This document shows, piece after piece, positions 1-9,265 of a stretch of DNA of 64,000 bases. Each line of letters starts with the position of its first letter. The first letter of the stretch is position 1. Both the position numbers and the translations under genes were made by a program. This DNA is from an uncultured Rikenellaceae bacterium (lineage in GTDB: Bacteria > Bacteroidota > Bacteroidia > Bacteroidales > VadinHA17): contig CAZXAM010000001.1 of the NCBI GenBank assembly GCA_964638545.1, positions 83,330 to 147,329 on the forward strand, read 5' to 3'. Below the pieces are notes generated by a model that had not been told where the DNA came from, made no database searches, and saw only the letters and a program-made list of their open reading frames with translations.

Positions 1-960
1 AACCTCTCAATATCGGACCACCGTTGACCTGTATATGCAGCAAAACAGAATAGATCTCTGACATGGTCAAATGTAGGACGGTCGGAGAAATCATGATTGT
101 AGAACTGTGTTAATTCCTGCAGTGTCAAGGTGACAATTTCCTGAACTGGTTTCTTTCGTTTCCGGTTCGCTGCAGAAAAATTCTTGAATTGTTTGAAGAC
201 TGTATATTTATTATAGTTCCTTTCTTCAGACCACCTGCAGAATGTTTTCAAACATTCAATATATTTTCCTTCGGTATCTATTAAAAGACCGTCTTGATGA
301 TCTTCAGGACGTGATTTCTGTCTTCCTCTTGGTTTTTGATTCCGCAGAAACTTGACATACGCATCTTTAAACTGGTGATCAATTTGACTGAAGGAAAGAT
401 TCTGATATTTCTTGTTTGTACTGCCGAACTTAATGAGACTATTTTTCAGAGTAGTATATTTCTGTGCGGTCCGATATGTAACCTCTCCTTTCAAATAGTC
501 AATGTATTCATCCAGTACCTGAAAGATATTCTTGTTTTGCTCCAAGAATGGAATTTCCTTTGTCTTTCCGAACTCATACATTATCCGGTATATTCCTGAA
601 TAAGTCATATCAGGATGATCTTTGACGGTCTGATTATACTTATCAAGGATGTCTTGTTTCAACTGAAGTAGATCACGATTGAAATCCGCTGCACCTGGAA
701 TATTCTCTTTCTTCAGTTGTTTCTTGAAGTCCCATTGTGCAGGTGAAATGGTGTGAGCAGTCTTGATCTTAATTACTTCATGCATACGAATAATTAACAC
801 TGCATAAAGTCTGACTTCCTTACTTACCAGTGTTTTTTTCTTCTTTTTGCCACCATTCGTGCGATCTGTGACACTTTCTCCGGTAAACTGATCATGCACC
901 TCATTTGAAGGTGTATCCTTCTTGTACGGTCTGTGAAGGATTAATTTTACGGTTGCCATT
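1..960 (-). CDS. Tyrosine-type site-specific recombinase/integrase, N-terminal ~320 aa (3' end runs off the left window edge)
   Basis: Absent from the ORF track because it has no in-window stop. Hand translation of the minus strand from ATG 960-958 gives MATVKLILHRPYKKDTPSNE...TAQKYTTLKNSLIKFGS...HVRDLFCFAAYTGQRWSDIER, open to base 1. The SAM-like core-binding region followed by the A-Y-T-G-x-R-x-S-D box (first catalytic Arg) is typical of Bacteroidota phage-integrase-family proteins. Confidence 0.85.
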
Positions 961-1007
961 TCTACAAGTATTAGCGGAAGATTAATAAAACTGTACAAAT
1001 ATATACA

Positions 1008-1040
1008 TTGTAGAAATATTGTAGAAATAATGTAGTGATA
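1008..1040. repeat. Three tandem 11-bp units (TTGTAGAAATA, TTGTAGAAATA, ATGTAGTGATA) about 50 bp upstream of the integrase start
   Basis: Read directly from cattgtagaaatattgtagaaataatgtagtgatattt. Further TGTTTACA/TGTTACA/TGTACA words lie nearby. Candidate arm-type or operator sites. Confidence 0.6.
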
Positions 1041-1169
1041 TTTATCAACAGTTGTTTACATTATGTTACAACAAAATATTACTAATACCTTATTTATAAC
1101 TGAATACGTGTACACTTCCGTAAATTTCAACTGCAATACTATTTACCTTTGAATAGCACTCCCTCCGCT

Positions 1170-1364
1170 ACACCGAAAAAACCTTGCCGTGAAACGGCAG
1201 GGTTTTTTTATTGACAGCCCGACAACAGCTTGCTGTTGGAAGGGATGGAAATAAAAAACCCGTACCACGCGACAGCGTAAAAAGTTTTTTCGGTGTTAAG
1301 CAGCCCCTGAGGATCATGCGACCGAAGGGAGCATAATCCTCTGATCTCCTGTACTCACCCCCAA
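1170..1364. repeat. Composite ~195-bp intergenic repeat, copy 1 (hairpin-terminator module + TTTTCGGTGTTAAGCA..CCCTGAGGA..GCATAATCCT.TGATCT module)
   Basis: Colinear with 4444..4640 in the same orientation. Shared blocks by eye: ACACC[GA]AAAAA-hairpin-TTTTTTATTG, AATAAAAA.(C)CCGTACC, TTTTCGGTGTTAAGCA[GC]CCCCTGAGGA, GAGCATAATCCT[CA]TGATCT, CCCCCAA. Confidence 0.75.
1175..1209 (-). terminator. Hairpin flanked by an A-run and a T-run (bidirectional intrinsic-terminator shape), downstream of the frameshifted TIR gene
   Basis: aaaaaaaCCTTGCCGtgaaaCGGCAGGGttttttt: 8-bp stem with one G-T pair. Read on the minus strand it is followed by a U-run. Confidence 0.6.
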
Positions 1365-1483
1365 TACTGTATATAATTGTTGAGGTGATTGCCTGACAAG
1401 ACTTTTTCTATGCTAGCTCCCAAAAAAGGATCATAGGTAAAGCGAGTAATCCTTCTATGATAAATGCTATTGGGTATTGGTTA

Positions 1484-4284
1484 TCATTTTACGGGACCCA
1501 GGTAATTATCCATGAAGGTTAAAACCTCCCTGATCATTTCATTTTTGGGGATGTAATGATCTGTTTCATAAATACGGATATGTTTATCCTTTAACGGAGT
1601 TCCCATCAGATCAAAAAAAGGTTTCACCGTTGTTTCATATGGAAATGCCATGTCATATTTTCCGTTTAGCATTAAAACTGGAATCCTTGCATAAGGAAGA
1701 TAATTGAACTCATCAGCTTCGGGAATTCGATCATTTGATTCCAGCCCTCCAACAATTAATACGCTCGCTTTAAGGCGGTCTTCAACTGCCGGGATAATAG
1801 CTCCGAGGCTAGCTCCCCAACTATGCCCGTAATAGCATAATTTCCCGGTGTCAATATCCGGTCGCGTCTGCAGGTAATCAATGGACCTGCTGAAATCTTT
1901 AACCCACTTAATTAACCATTCCTCATACTGACGGCCCTGCCAGGTTATAGTTTCCTGGCCATCTTTTCTCTCGAATGTTCCCTTGTAGACTGGGTATAAA
2001 ACAGCCCGGCCACTCTTAAGAATAAAATCGGTAAACCAGTTTGCCCAGTAATTATCGTTGAAGTCCTTGCTGCCAATCGCATTGCTTCCAGGGAAAAAGA
2101 TAAGGGTTTGGTAGGGAGGAGTTGTATTTCTAGGTAAAAAAAGATAACCGATCATTCTTTCATTGTCATAAGCCGCATTGAATGTAATTTTCTCGATAAT
2201 CCAATCCTGGAAACTGCTGTCACTGCTTTCAATTGCTGTGTTCAACTCCTTATTATCATAAAGAAACCTGTTTTTATAAATTCTGAATACAGATTCCGTA
2301 ACTGGCTTTTCTTTGGAATAATCTCTTTTTTCGCTGAATTCATAAGTCTGGAATGCAGTCTGTGGGATTTCCTCTTTATCGATATACTTAACACAACGAA
2401 ACCCGTTTTTTGGTGACCTGTTAAGAGGAGGCAGCTGGCTTATATTGCTGTACATGTAAACAACATCGTCCCATCCGCCACCTCGCACAACCCGTCCATC
2501 AGGTGCCATATTCCAGCACCATTCCCTCACATTCCCAGCCATATCGAAGGCACCAAAACAATTTATCCCCGGATTACTGCCTACCCTTTCCGCGCTAATT
2601 CCTTTAAAGTTGCTGAATGGAAAAAGTCTGGAATAAAAATAGTTACCGAATGCTTCATAGTCAAATCCAGATGCACTTGCCCAATGGCCGATCGTAGGAA
2701 GTTCCTTATCAGAATATTCGGCAAAGGCTGCAGCCTCGTACCAGCAGACTCCTGAAACCGGATAATCATCTTGTCCGTCCGGAAAATCGCCTGCTACCCA
2801 ATTGGAGGGTCCTGGCTGCCCGGTCTTGTCCGTAAATTCAGCCAAAGCTTCCTTAAAGGAAATTGTCTTTCCATCTTTTATGAATGTATTCTTCCAGAAT
2901 TCTGCCTTCCTGTAACCACCATTTTCGATGAATTCTTTGTACTGTCTGTTTGTTACTTCATAACGGTCAATAAAGAATCCATTTTTGGGCCCTAAGTAGT
3001 TACTTGTCAATTCGTTCTTGTAACCGTACACATAGACCATGCCTTCAGGCATTTCACCTAGTTTGAATAATTTGCGATAAACCGTGTCGATTCTTGTCTG
3101 CATTACCCCCAAAACACTTTCGTAACCAGGTTTCTCCATCTTCATCAGATAGAACGAATGTTTTGGTACCTGCAACTGTTCAATAGGTGTTTGGCCTAGA
3201 GCCTTCCATATGCCAGAAGTATCTGAGTATTCTCTGATCAGGACATTCGCTCCGACAGGTTCTGATATTATAGTAATCTTATTTGTAAAAGTTGAGACCA
3301 ATTCTATGAATCTTTCATCGTTTCCAATGTACTTTCCTGCTTTTTGAGATAAAGCAAATGCCTCATCCATTTTGGTTGCATTGGCCAATTGTTCAATCTT
3401 TGGCAAGGCTTCCCGTTTTGCCCAGTTAACCTTGGATTGATGATTAAGCAAAAATGATGTTCCGGTCAAAATTGCCAAAATTACCAGTATCCCAGGTATC
3501 AAAATCCAATGTTTGAACAAAATCCGGGACTTTTGATTATTCCCAGACTTATCTTTCTCTGTTAAGCCTTCAGGTCCTGACCTAATTATTTCGTTTTCAG
3601 ATATCTCTGAAACATTACTCTCCTTTCTCTTCTCGCCTGCTTTTCCCGCGATTTCTTTTTGCTTTGCTTTATCCTCTGGAGTATGATATTTCATACTTTC
3701 AATGATCTCCTTTATTGTCAACGCGACTTTATTTACCTGGTCACGGTAAAGTACCTGCCCCGAGCTTTTTATTATATCATCATCTTTAGCTCTAAGTTGA
3801 CGATTAACACCGGTTTCTTTATATACAAAGTCAATTGATCTCATCACACCTCCGACAACTGACTCAAATAGCCTGGTATCGGCAATTTCAAGGTCATGAA
3901 TCCGAATAGGAAGAACCCTGTTGGCAACATTGCCGCTGGATAGTTTAATTTTAAATCCAAACCTATCCTCTGTTGCCATCTTTATGAATGTTTTTAGCTC
4001 ATTGTCCCAGGCAAACGACCTTGGATCACAGTATGTCCGCGAAATATAGGCACAAAAACCAAGCTTTTCAGTTTATCTTGAAGTGAAGCATTCACATCAT
4101 AGGACTCAAGAAGATAGTCGCTGGGATTAATGTCAAAATATACACTTATTTCATCCTTAAACATTGTCTCAAGTTCTCCCTTCAGGTTATCTACAAACTC
4201 TGTTACCCACCCATCATGCTTGTTGTCCTTCTGGCGGTAGCTGATGAAGATGTCGTAATTATATCCTTCAATTATGCTTGACAT
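1484..4284 (-). pseudogene. Frameshifted paralogue of the TIR-TM-PEGA-FGE-like-alpha/beta-hydrolase receptor
   Basis: ORFs 3994..4287 (97 aa) and 1484..3979 (831 aa) are two halves of one gene. The 97-aa piece matches residues 1-80 of the intact paralogue (11579..14386), then leaves frame. Shifting frame at about 4045-4048 restores ISRTYCDPRSFAWDNELKTFIKMATEDRFGFKIKL, colinear with the paralogue. A 1-nt deletion in CCTAT.ATTTCG explains this. The true start is ATG 4284-4282 (the first M in the track is a TTG). It could also be a sequencing error. Confidence 0.75.
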
Positions 4285-4307
4285 CAATGTATTATTTGGT
4301 TCATTAT

Positions 4308-4339
4308 CAAAGTTAAACCATTGTCAGGCTAAATGCAAA
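4308..4339 (-). promoter_or_regulatory. Putative Bacteroidota sigma-A promoter (TTTGCA ... 20 nt ... TAACTTTG) of the TIR gene
   Basis: Minus-strand reading: TTTGCATTTAGCCTGACAATGGTTTAACTTTG, about 24 nt before the ATG. It fits the -33 TTTG / -7 TAnnTTTG consensus and is conserved upstream of four TIR genes. Confidence 0.5.
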
Positions 4340-4396
4340 ATATTCTTTTTATTTTAGAAAATCAATACAAAACCTCTACCAGTTCAACTAATTCTA

Positions 4397-4446
4397 CTAT
4401 GTCTCTGATTAAACTCAGGTTAGATATTTCAAACCTCTTGTCTACA
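4397..4446 (-). promoter_or_regulatory. Conserved ~50-nt upstream motif (CTATGTCTCTGATTAA.CTCAGGT.AGATATTT.AAACC..TTGT.TACA)
   Basis: Near-identical block at 14496..14545, at the same distance upstream of the other TIR-FGE gene. A 27-nt core, TCAAGGTTAGATATTTCAAACCTCTTG, recurs at 16219..16245. Confidence 0.5.
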
Positions 4447-4640
4447 CCAAAAAAGCCCTGGCGCAAAGCGCCGGGGTTTTTTATTGGAGATCCGTCATCC
4501 CGCCTTGCAGGATGTAAGGATCGAACAATAAAAACTCCGTACCGTGCGAATGCACGGCAGGGCTTTTTCGGTGTTAAGCACCCCCTGAGGAACGCGATCC
4601 GCCGGCTGGCGGAGAGCATAATCCTATGATCTACCCCCAA
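4444..4640. repeat. Composite ~195-bp intergenic repeat, copy 2
   Basis: Direct-orientation partner of 1170..1364. It also contains the small hairpin TCCGCC-GGCT-GGCGGA, which recurs at about 51132-51147. Confidence 0.75.
4449..4482 (-). terminator. Hairpin flanked by an A-run and a T-run, homologous to 1175..1209 but with a different stem sequence
   Basis: aaaaaagCCCTGGCGCaaaGCGCCGGGGtttttt. The structure is kept while the stem sequence differs from copy 1. Confidence 0.55.
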
Positions 4641-4898
4641 ACCCCACCTCGCCTTCGCGTAGCCGCTTCGGCGGAGCAAGGCAAGGGGGGCTTTAATGCT
4701 GAAAATAATTGACTATTTTTTATACAATAAAGCTCTCTAAAAGATTGCGCTGCAAGGCTTTTGACTTGTTAAGCACCCCCAAAAGGATCATGTAATAATC
4801 CTCCCCTTACCTCCCATCCGGATAATTTAACCTCATTCAAATGAATATATCTAATTGAAAATTCATTTATATCTGGCCAAATCTGGCGGAGCATAAAA

Positions 4899-7076
4899 TT
4901 ATTTTTTAGGCAGATTAACCTTTTTCAGAAATTCATCCCAACGGGGATCATCATGAAGAGATGTAAAAACCGGTAGTACGGCTGCCCAGGCTGCATTGCC
5001 TGAATGTGGTTCATAATTAAGCCATTTGAAAGCTTCATCTTTTCTACCCATTGCTGCATAAACCTTCGATCGTTGATATGCACTCATTGGCGTTACTTCT
5101 TTTTTTTCTATCTCGGCCAGGATCTTTTCAGCTTCCTCCTGGTGCCCTGTCGCAATATATGTCAGGCATAGGGGAAATAGATTGCCAGGAGCGACTTCTG
5201 CATGTTTCAAATGTGCTTTAATCGCTTCCTCATTTCTACCCAAACCCAGATACGCATTACCCAGTATCTGATAGCCAAGAGGATAATCCTTTTGAATTTC
5301 AAGGGATCTAAGGGCTTCCTGAATTGCTTCTTCATTCCTGCCCGCATAAATATATAAACCTCCCAGCCAGGCTGTATGGAGCGGATTATACGGATCATAT
5401 TTCTGAGCCAATTTATGTTCTGCAATGGCTTCTTCCATGCGACCCCAAAGGAACAGGCCCCAGGCAAAATGGTAATGGGCCATATCCAGGTTCGGATTTA
5501 ATTCCAGGGCACGCTTAAAATGTTTTTCTGATTTAGCAAAATCCCATGATTTATAGAGGTATACTATAGCCAGAGCAGCATGGACTTCAGCAATAGTAGA
5601 ATCAAGCATAAGTGCTTTATAAGCAAATTCTTCTCCTTTTGCGAGTACATCTCCGGGATCAAGCGGACTATGAGCAATTGACAGATAACCCAGTGCAAGC
5701 CCTGCGTTTGCAAATGCATCTTCAGGAGCGATCCTTACCGCTTCATGAAGGTATTCCAGTCCTTTTGCGTTTCCTTCTTTCGTCGATTTTTCTATTTCAG
5801 CCATTCCCCTGGAATATGCTTCATAAGATTGCGGATTGACCCTGCTTGGCTGAGAAAGTTTTAACAAGTCCTGCGGCAGTAAATCAAGTCCGATCTTCTG
5901 AGTAATCTGCTCTGCAATGTTTTTATGCACTATATGAATATTTGAACGGCTAATTGAATAATTGTTCGCCAGAATAAGTTTTTCTTCGGGAAATATCTGG
6001 ATCAGCCTTATCATAATTTCCTCAAGGTCACCGGATCCTAATACTGAACCTTCAATCAGAAAATCGACCCGGGCATCCTTAGCTATTTTGGCTAATGACA
6101 CTCTATCCCTTTCTAACGCAGCAGTTGTCCGTAAGCCTACAATTCTTAATGGTTTTACCTGGCTTATTCTTCCTAACTCCTGATACGAAGCCTCACGGTG
6201 CATATCAGTCAGATAATCATTTGAAGAATCACCTGTAAGATTTTTAAAAGGCATTAAAGCGACCGACCTTTCAACACCTGGCTCATCTGACTTTCTGAAT
6301 AATTTCGGATAAACAAGTATTGCAGCGATTATTAATATCACCGTGATTAATCCTCCATAAATTACCTTCTGTCTGGATGATTTTGAAATTCCTGCATGCT
6401 TCGATACTTTTTCTTCTCCGACTACTTCTTCGATTGTCCTTTTTTGTTGATCCTTTTCTATCAGTGATTCAGATGGTATTGTGAGTAATCCCATAATAAG
6501 CTCTTTTATTGCAAGAGCGACTTTATTTATCTGATTACGATAATTGGTTTTGTTTAAGTTTTTTTCCTCATTATCTTTTGGTGAAAGTGATCTGTTAACT
6601 CCTGGTTCTTTATAAATGAATTCGACACCACGGAGCACTCCTCCTGTCAGTGATTCACAAAGCTCTATATCCTCATTATCCAGGTCATGAATGCGAACAG
6701 GTAGAACTCTGCTGGCCACATTGCCATTTGGTAATTTTACTTTTAATCCAAACTGGTCCTTAGATGCCTGTTCAACAAACGCCTTAAATTCATGTTCCCA
6801 TGCAAAAGACTTTGGATCACAATAGGTTCGGGAAATAATCGGAATAAAAACCAGGCACCTGAGCTTTTCTTTCAGCGACTCATCCACATCATGTGTTTCA
6901 AGAAGGCCGTCATGAGGATTTATATCGAAGTAAACACTGATTTCTTCCTTAAAAGTGGCTTCGAGCTCTTTCTTCAGGTTTTCAACGAACTCAGTTACCC
7001 ACCCGTCATACTTGTTGTCCTTCTGGCGGTAACTGATAAAGATGTCGTAATTATATCCCTCAATTATACTTGACAT
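4899..7076 (-). CDS. TIR-domain single-pass membrane receptor with TolB-N-like + TPR periplasmic tail (725 aa)
   Basis: The N-terminus MSSIIEGYNYDIFISYRQKDNKYDGWV...VFIPIISRTYCDPKSFAWEHEF gives a TIR_2-like signature. One hydrophobic helix (VIYGGLITVILIIAAILVYP) follows. Next comes VALMPFKNLTGDSSNDYL...LIEGSV, the module seen in CadC/cyclase/kinase-linked TPR sensors. TPR-like repeats run to the C-terminus. Confidence 0.8.
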   Translation of the reverse strand: MSSIIEGYNYDIFISYRQKDNKYDGWVTEFVENLKKELEATFKEEISVYFDINPHDGLLETHDVDESLKEKLRCLVFIPIISRTYCDPKSFAWEHEFKAFVEQASKDQFGLKVKLPNGNVASRVLPVRIHDLDNEDIELCESLTGGVLRGVEFIYKEPGVNRSLSPKDNEEKNLNKTNYRNQINKVALAIKELIMGLLTIPSESLIEKDQQKRTIEEVVGEEKVSKHAGISKSSRQKVIYGGLITVILIIAAILVYPKLFRKSDEPGVERSVALMPFKNLTGDSSNDYLTDMHREASYQELGRISQVKPLRIVGLRTTAALERDRVSLAKIAKDARVDFLIEGSVLGSGDLEEIMIRLIQIFPEEKLILANNYSISRSNIHIVHKNIAEQITQKIGLDLLPQDLLKLSQPSRVNPQSYEAYSRGMAEIEKSTKEGNAKGLEYLHEAVRIAPEDAFANAGLALGYLSIAHSPLDPGDVLAKGEEFAYKALMLDSTIAEVHAALAIVYLYKSWDFAKSEKHFKRALELNPNLDMAHYHFAWGLFLWGRMEEAIAEHKLAQKYDPYNPLHTAWLGGLYIYAGRNEEAIQEALRSLEIQKDYPLGYQILGNAYLGLGRNEEAIKAHLKHAEVAPGNLFPLCLTYIATGHQEEAEKILAEIEKKEVTPMSAYQRSKVYAAMGRKDEAFKWLNYEPHSGNAAWAAVLPVFTSLHDDPRWDEFLKKVNLPKK

Positions 7077-7099
7077 CTGCCTATTAAATGGTTCATTAT

Positions 7100-7131
7100 C
7101 AAAATTAACCCATTATCAGGGTAATTGCAAA
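7100..7131 (-). promoter_or_regulatory. Putative promoter of the 4899..7076 TIR gene (TTTGCA ... TAATTTTG)
   Basis: Minus strand: TTTGCAATTACCCTGATAATGGGTTAATTTTG. Same architecture and near-identical sequence as at 4308..4339, 14409..14440 and 30113..30144. Confidence 0.5.
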
Positions 7132-7309
7132 AATTTTTTCTATGACTGAAGGCAACGGCAATGAAGCACAGCTGATGCGGGATTGCCAATTGATTCTGGC
7201 GTTTAAGGATCAGTTCATCTGGCTTAGACATCAAAATAATCTTCTATCTTGTATTTCATAGGTTTATTTTGTATTTTTGATATAACTGAGAGTAGCTAAA
7301 ACCCAGATA

Positions 7310-9265
7310 ATGAACCTGGCTCACACAAGTGACAGGGAGTTTATTCAAAAGCTGACTGAATTAGTCGAATTAAACCTTGAGGATGAAAAATTCGGAGTGG
7401 ATGTTCTTATACAACTCTCTGGCTTAAGTCCACACATTGTAAGGCAAAGGATTAAAAAAATCTCTCAAAAAACTATAAGCCAGTTCATTAACGAAATCAG
7501 GTTGCGACGGGCAATGGAGATGTTGCAACAGGGCATGATAACAGCCTCAGAAGTCGCCTATAAAGTAGGTTTCGGAAGCGCTACTTATTTTAACAACTGT
7601 TTCCATGATTTCTATGGTTATCCTCCGGGGGAAGTGAAGAAAAGAGGTATGACCGGGATTAAAGAGGACCATGGCGGACATGACCCAGGGAATTTGATGC
7701 CCGTATCAGTAAAGAAAAGACCCTCCCTTAAGCGGAAGATAGTGATCGTTTCATTTGCTCTTTTAGCTGTTCTTCTGTCAGCTCTTATAATTTATTATTT
7801 TCTGTTTAATAAATCGGGAAGAAATTTTAGCAGTCCGGACAAGGAAATCTCTATTGCAGTACTGCCTTTTACAAACCTGAGTGATTCTCCTGAAAACAGA
7901 TATTTCACGGATGGTGTAATGGAAGACATCCTGAGCAACCTGAACCGGATCAGTTCAATAAAGGTTACTTCCAGAACATCGGTTGAAAAGTACCGACAGA
8001 CAACCAGGGGTGCAACAGAAATAGCAAAAGAGCTGAACGTCAGGTATATTCTTGAGGGGAGTGTTCAGAGGAGCAATGATAAGGTAAGAGTCAGGGTGCA
8101 ACTGATCGATGCCAGGCGCGACCAGCATATTCTATCCGAAACATTTGACAGGGAGCTGGATGATATCTTCTATATCCAAAGCAATATTGCAATCCAGATA
8201 GCCAACGAACTGGAAGCTGCACTTTCGCCCGGGGAGACTGAAATGATCGGATATATCCCTACCAGGAATACAGAAGCCTATTCGCTCTATTTAAAAGGCC
8301 GTTATTTCTGGTATAAAAGGACAAGGGAAGGATTCGAAAAAAGTATTGAATTTTTCGAGAAAGCTGTTGAAGCCGATCCCGGTTATGCACTGGCATGGGC
8401 AGGACTGGGTGATGGCTATTTCTATCTTTCATGGTACAATTGGTTTGAACCTGGCCGGGAACAAGGATTTGAAAAAGCAAAAGAAATTGCATTGAAGGCC
8501 ATCAGACTTGATAATGACCTGGCGGAAGCTCATGTTTTGCTGGGAAATGTTTATTTCTGGCATGAATGGAACTGGCAGGAAGCAGAAAAGGAGTTGTCAT
8601 TAGCTGTCAAATTGAATCCGAACTATTACATGGCTCATTGGGTTTATGCAGAACTACTGGATGTTCTGGCCAAAAGAGTGGAAGCCAGAGCCCATTTAAA
8701 CCGCGCACTTGAACTGGACCCGGTTTTTTACCTCCCCTACAGCACCAGTGCATTGCTTTATTACAATGATGGAAATTTTAAGGGTGCGATTAAAGATTGC
8801 CACAAGTGCATTGAGTTAAATCCGGATTATAATTCAGCTTACTATCATGCCTGGTTTAGTTACCTGCAGCTCGACAGTATTCCCCAGGCTATTCACTTCC
8901 TTCAGGAATTGTTATTGGTTGATTATAATACCGGTTATTCAGATTCAAAATACTATGAATCTGTAGATTCCGTCTTCAAAACGGCAGGCATGGAAGGATT
9001 ACTGCAATGGATGCTTCAAAACAGATATGCGCAATCCAGTTTTATAGGAAAAGCCAGATTACTTATGATGATTGGCAACAGGGAGGAAGCGGTCAGGAGC
9101 CTTGAACTGGGATATAAATTGCATGAGCGTGATATGGTCAGAATCATCTCAATATATGATTTAGTTGATCTCCGCTCTGAGCCACGTTATATGGAAATCG
9201 TCAAAAACATGGGGTTGGCGGATTACTTAAATGTAGCCCTGGCTTCAGGACAGTTGCCACAATGA
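7310..9265 (+). CDS. AraC-family HTH single-pass membrane regulator with TolB-N-like + TPR periplasmic tail (651 aa)
   Basis: The N-terminal region FINEIRLRRAMEMLQQGMITASEVAYKVGFGSATYFNNCFHDFYGYPPGEV is a classic AraC/XylS HTH_18 region. It is followed by a TM helix (IVIVSFALLAVLLSALIIYYFLF), then ISIAVLPFTNLSDSPENRYFTDGVMEDIL...YILEGSVQ...VQLIDAR, then TPRs. The tail is roughly half identical by eye to the tail of the TIR protein at 57961..60105. Confidence 0.85.
   Translation: MNLAHTSDREFIQKLTELVELNLEDEKFGVDVLIQLSGLSPHIVRQRIKKISQKTISQFINEIRLRRAMEMLQQGMITASEVAYKVGFGSATYFNNCFHDFYGYPPGEVKKRGMTGIKEDHGGHDPGNLMPVSVKKRPSLKRKIVIVSFALLAVLLSALIIYYFLFNKSGRNFSSPDKEISIAVLPFTNLSDSPENRYFTDGVMEDILSNLNRISSIKVTSRTSVEKYRQTTRGATEIAKELNVRYILEGSVQRSNDKVRVRVQLIDARRDQHILSETFDRELDDIFYIQSNIAIQIANELEAALSPGETEMIGYIPTRNTEAYSLYLKGRYFWYKRTREGFEKSIEFFEKAVEADPGYALAWAGLGDGYFYLSWYNWFEPGREQGFEKAKEIALKAIRLDNDLAEAHVLLGNVYFWHEWNWQEAEKELSLAVKLNPNYYMAHWVYAELLDVLAKRVEARAHLNRALELDPVFYLPYSTSALLYYNDGNFKGAIKDCHKCIELNPDYNSAYYHAWFSYLQLDSIPQAIHFLQELLLVDYNTGYSDSKYYESVDSVFKTAGMEGLLQWMLQNRYAQSSFIGKARLLMMIGNREEAVRSLELGYKLHERDMVRIISIYDLVDLRSEPRYMEIVKNMGLADYLNVALASGQLPQ

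Noticed and set aside
336-599. An 87-aa plus-strand ORF, the only track entry in the first kilobase
   Set aside because: It is antisense to the much longer, motif-bearing integrase frame (1..960, minus strand) that the track missed because that frame has no stop in the window.
961-1483. A tRNA gene or tRNA-derived att site next to the integrase
   Set aside because: I found no T-loop (GTTCRANYC) or cloverleaf-compatible segment by eye. The stretch cactccctccgctacaccg is at best a vague acceptor-stem look-alike. A tRNAscan run would settle this.
4333-4679. Two overlapping opposite-strand ORFs (98 aa on plus, 105 aa on minus) in the spacer between two TIR genes
   Set aside because: They lie entirely within the palindromic composite repeat and terminator hairpins, which is why both strands stay open. 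Their products are low-complexity and R/G/P-rich, with no start context or promoter. I treat them as non-coding repeat sequence.
6792-7073. A 93-aa plus-strand ORF antisense to the TIR head, with a near-identical twin at 29805..30086
   Set aside because: The conservation is explained by near-identity of the sense-strand TIR coding sequence. The antisense frame has no independent signals, and its product looks like the typical mirror of an AT-rich coding region.
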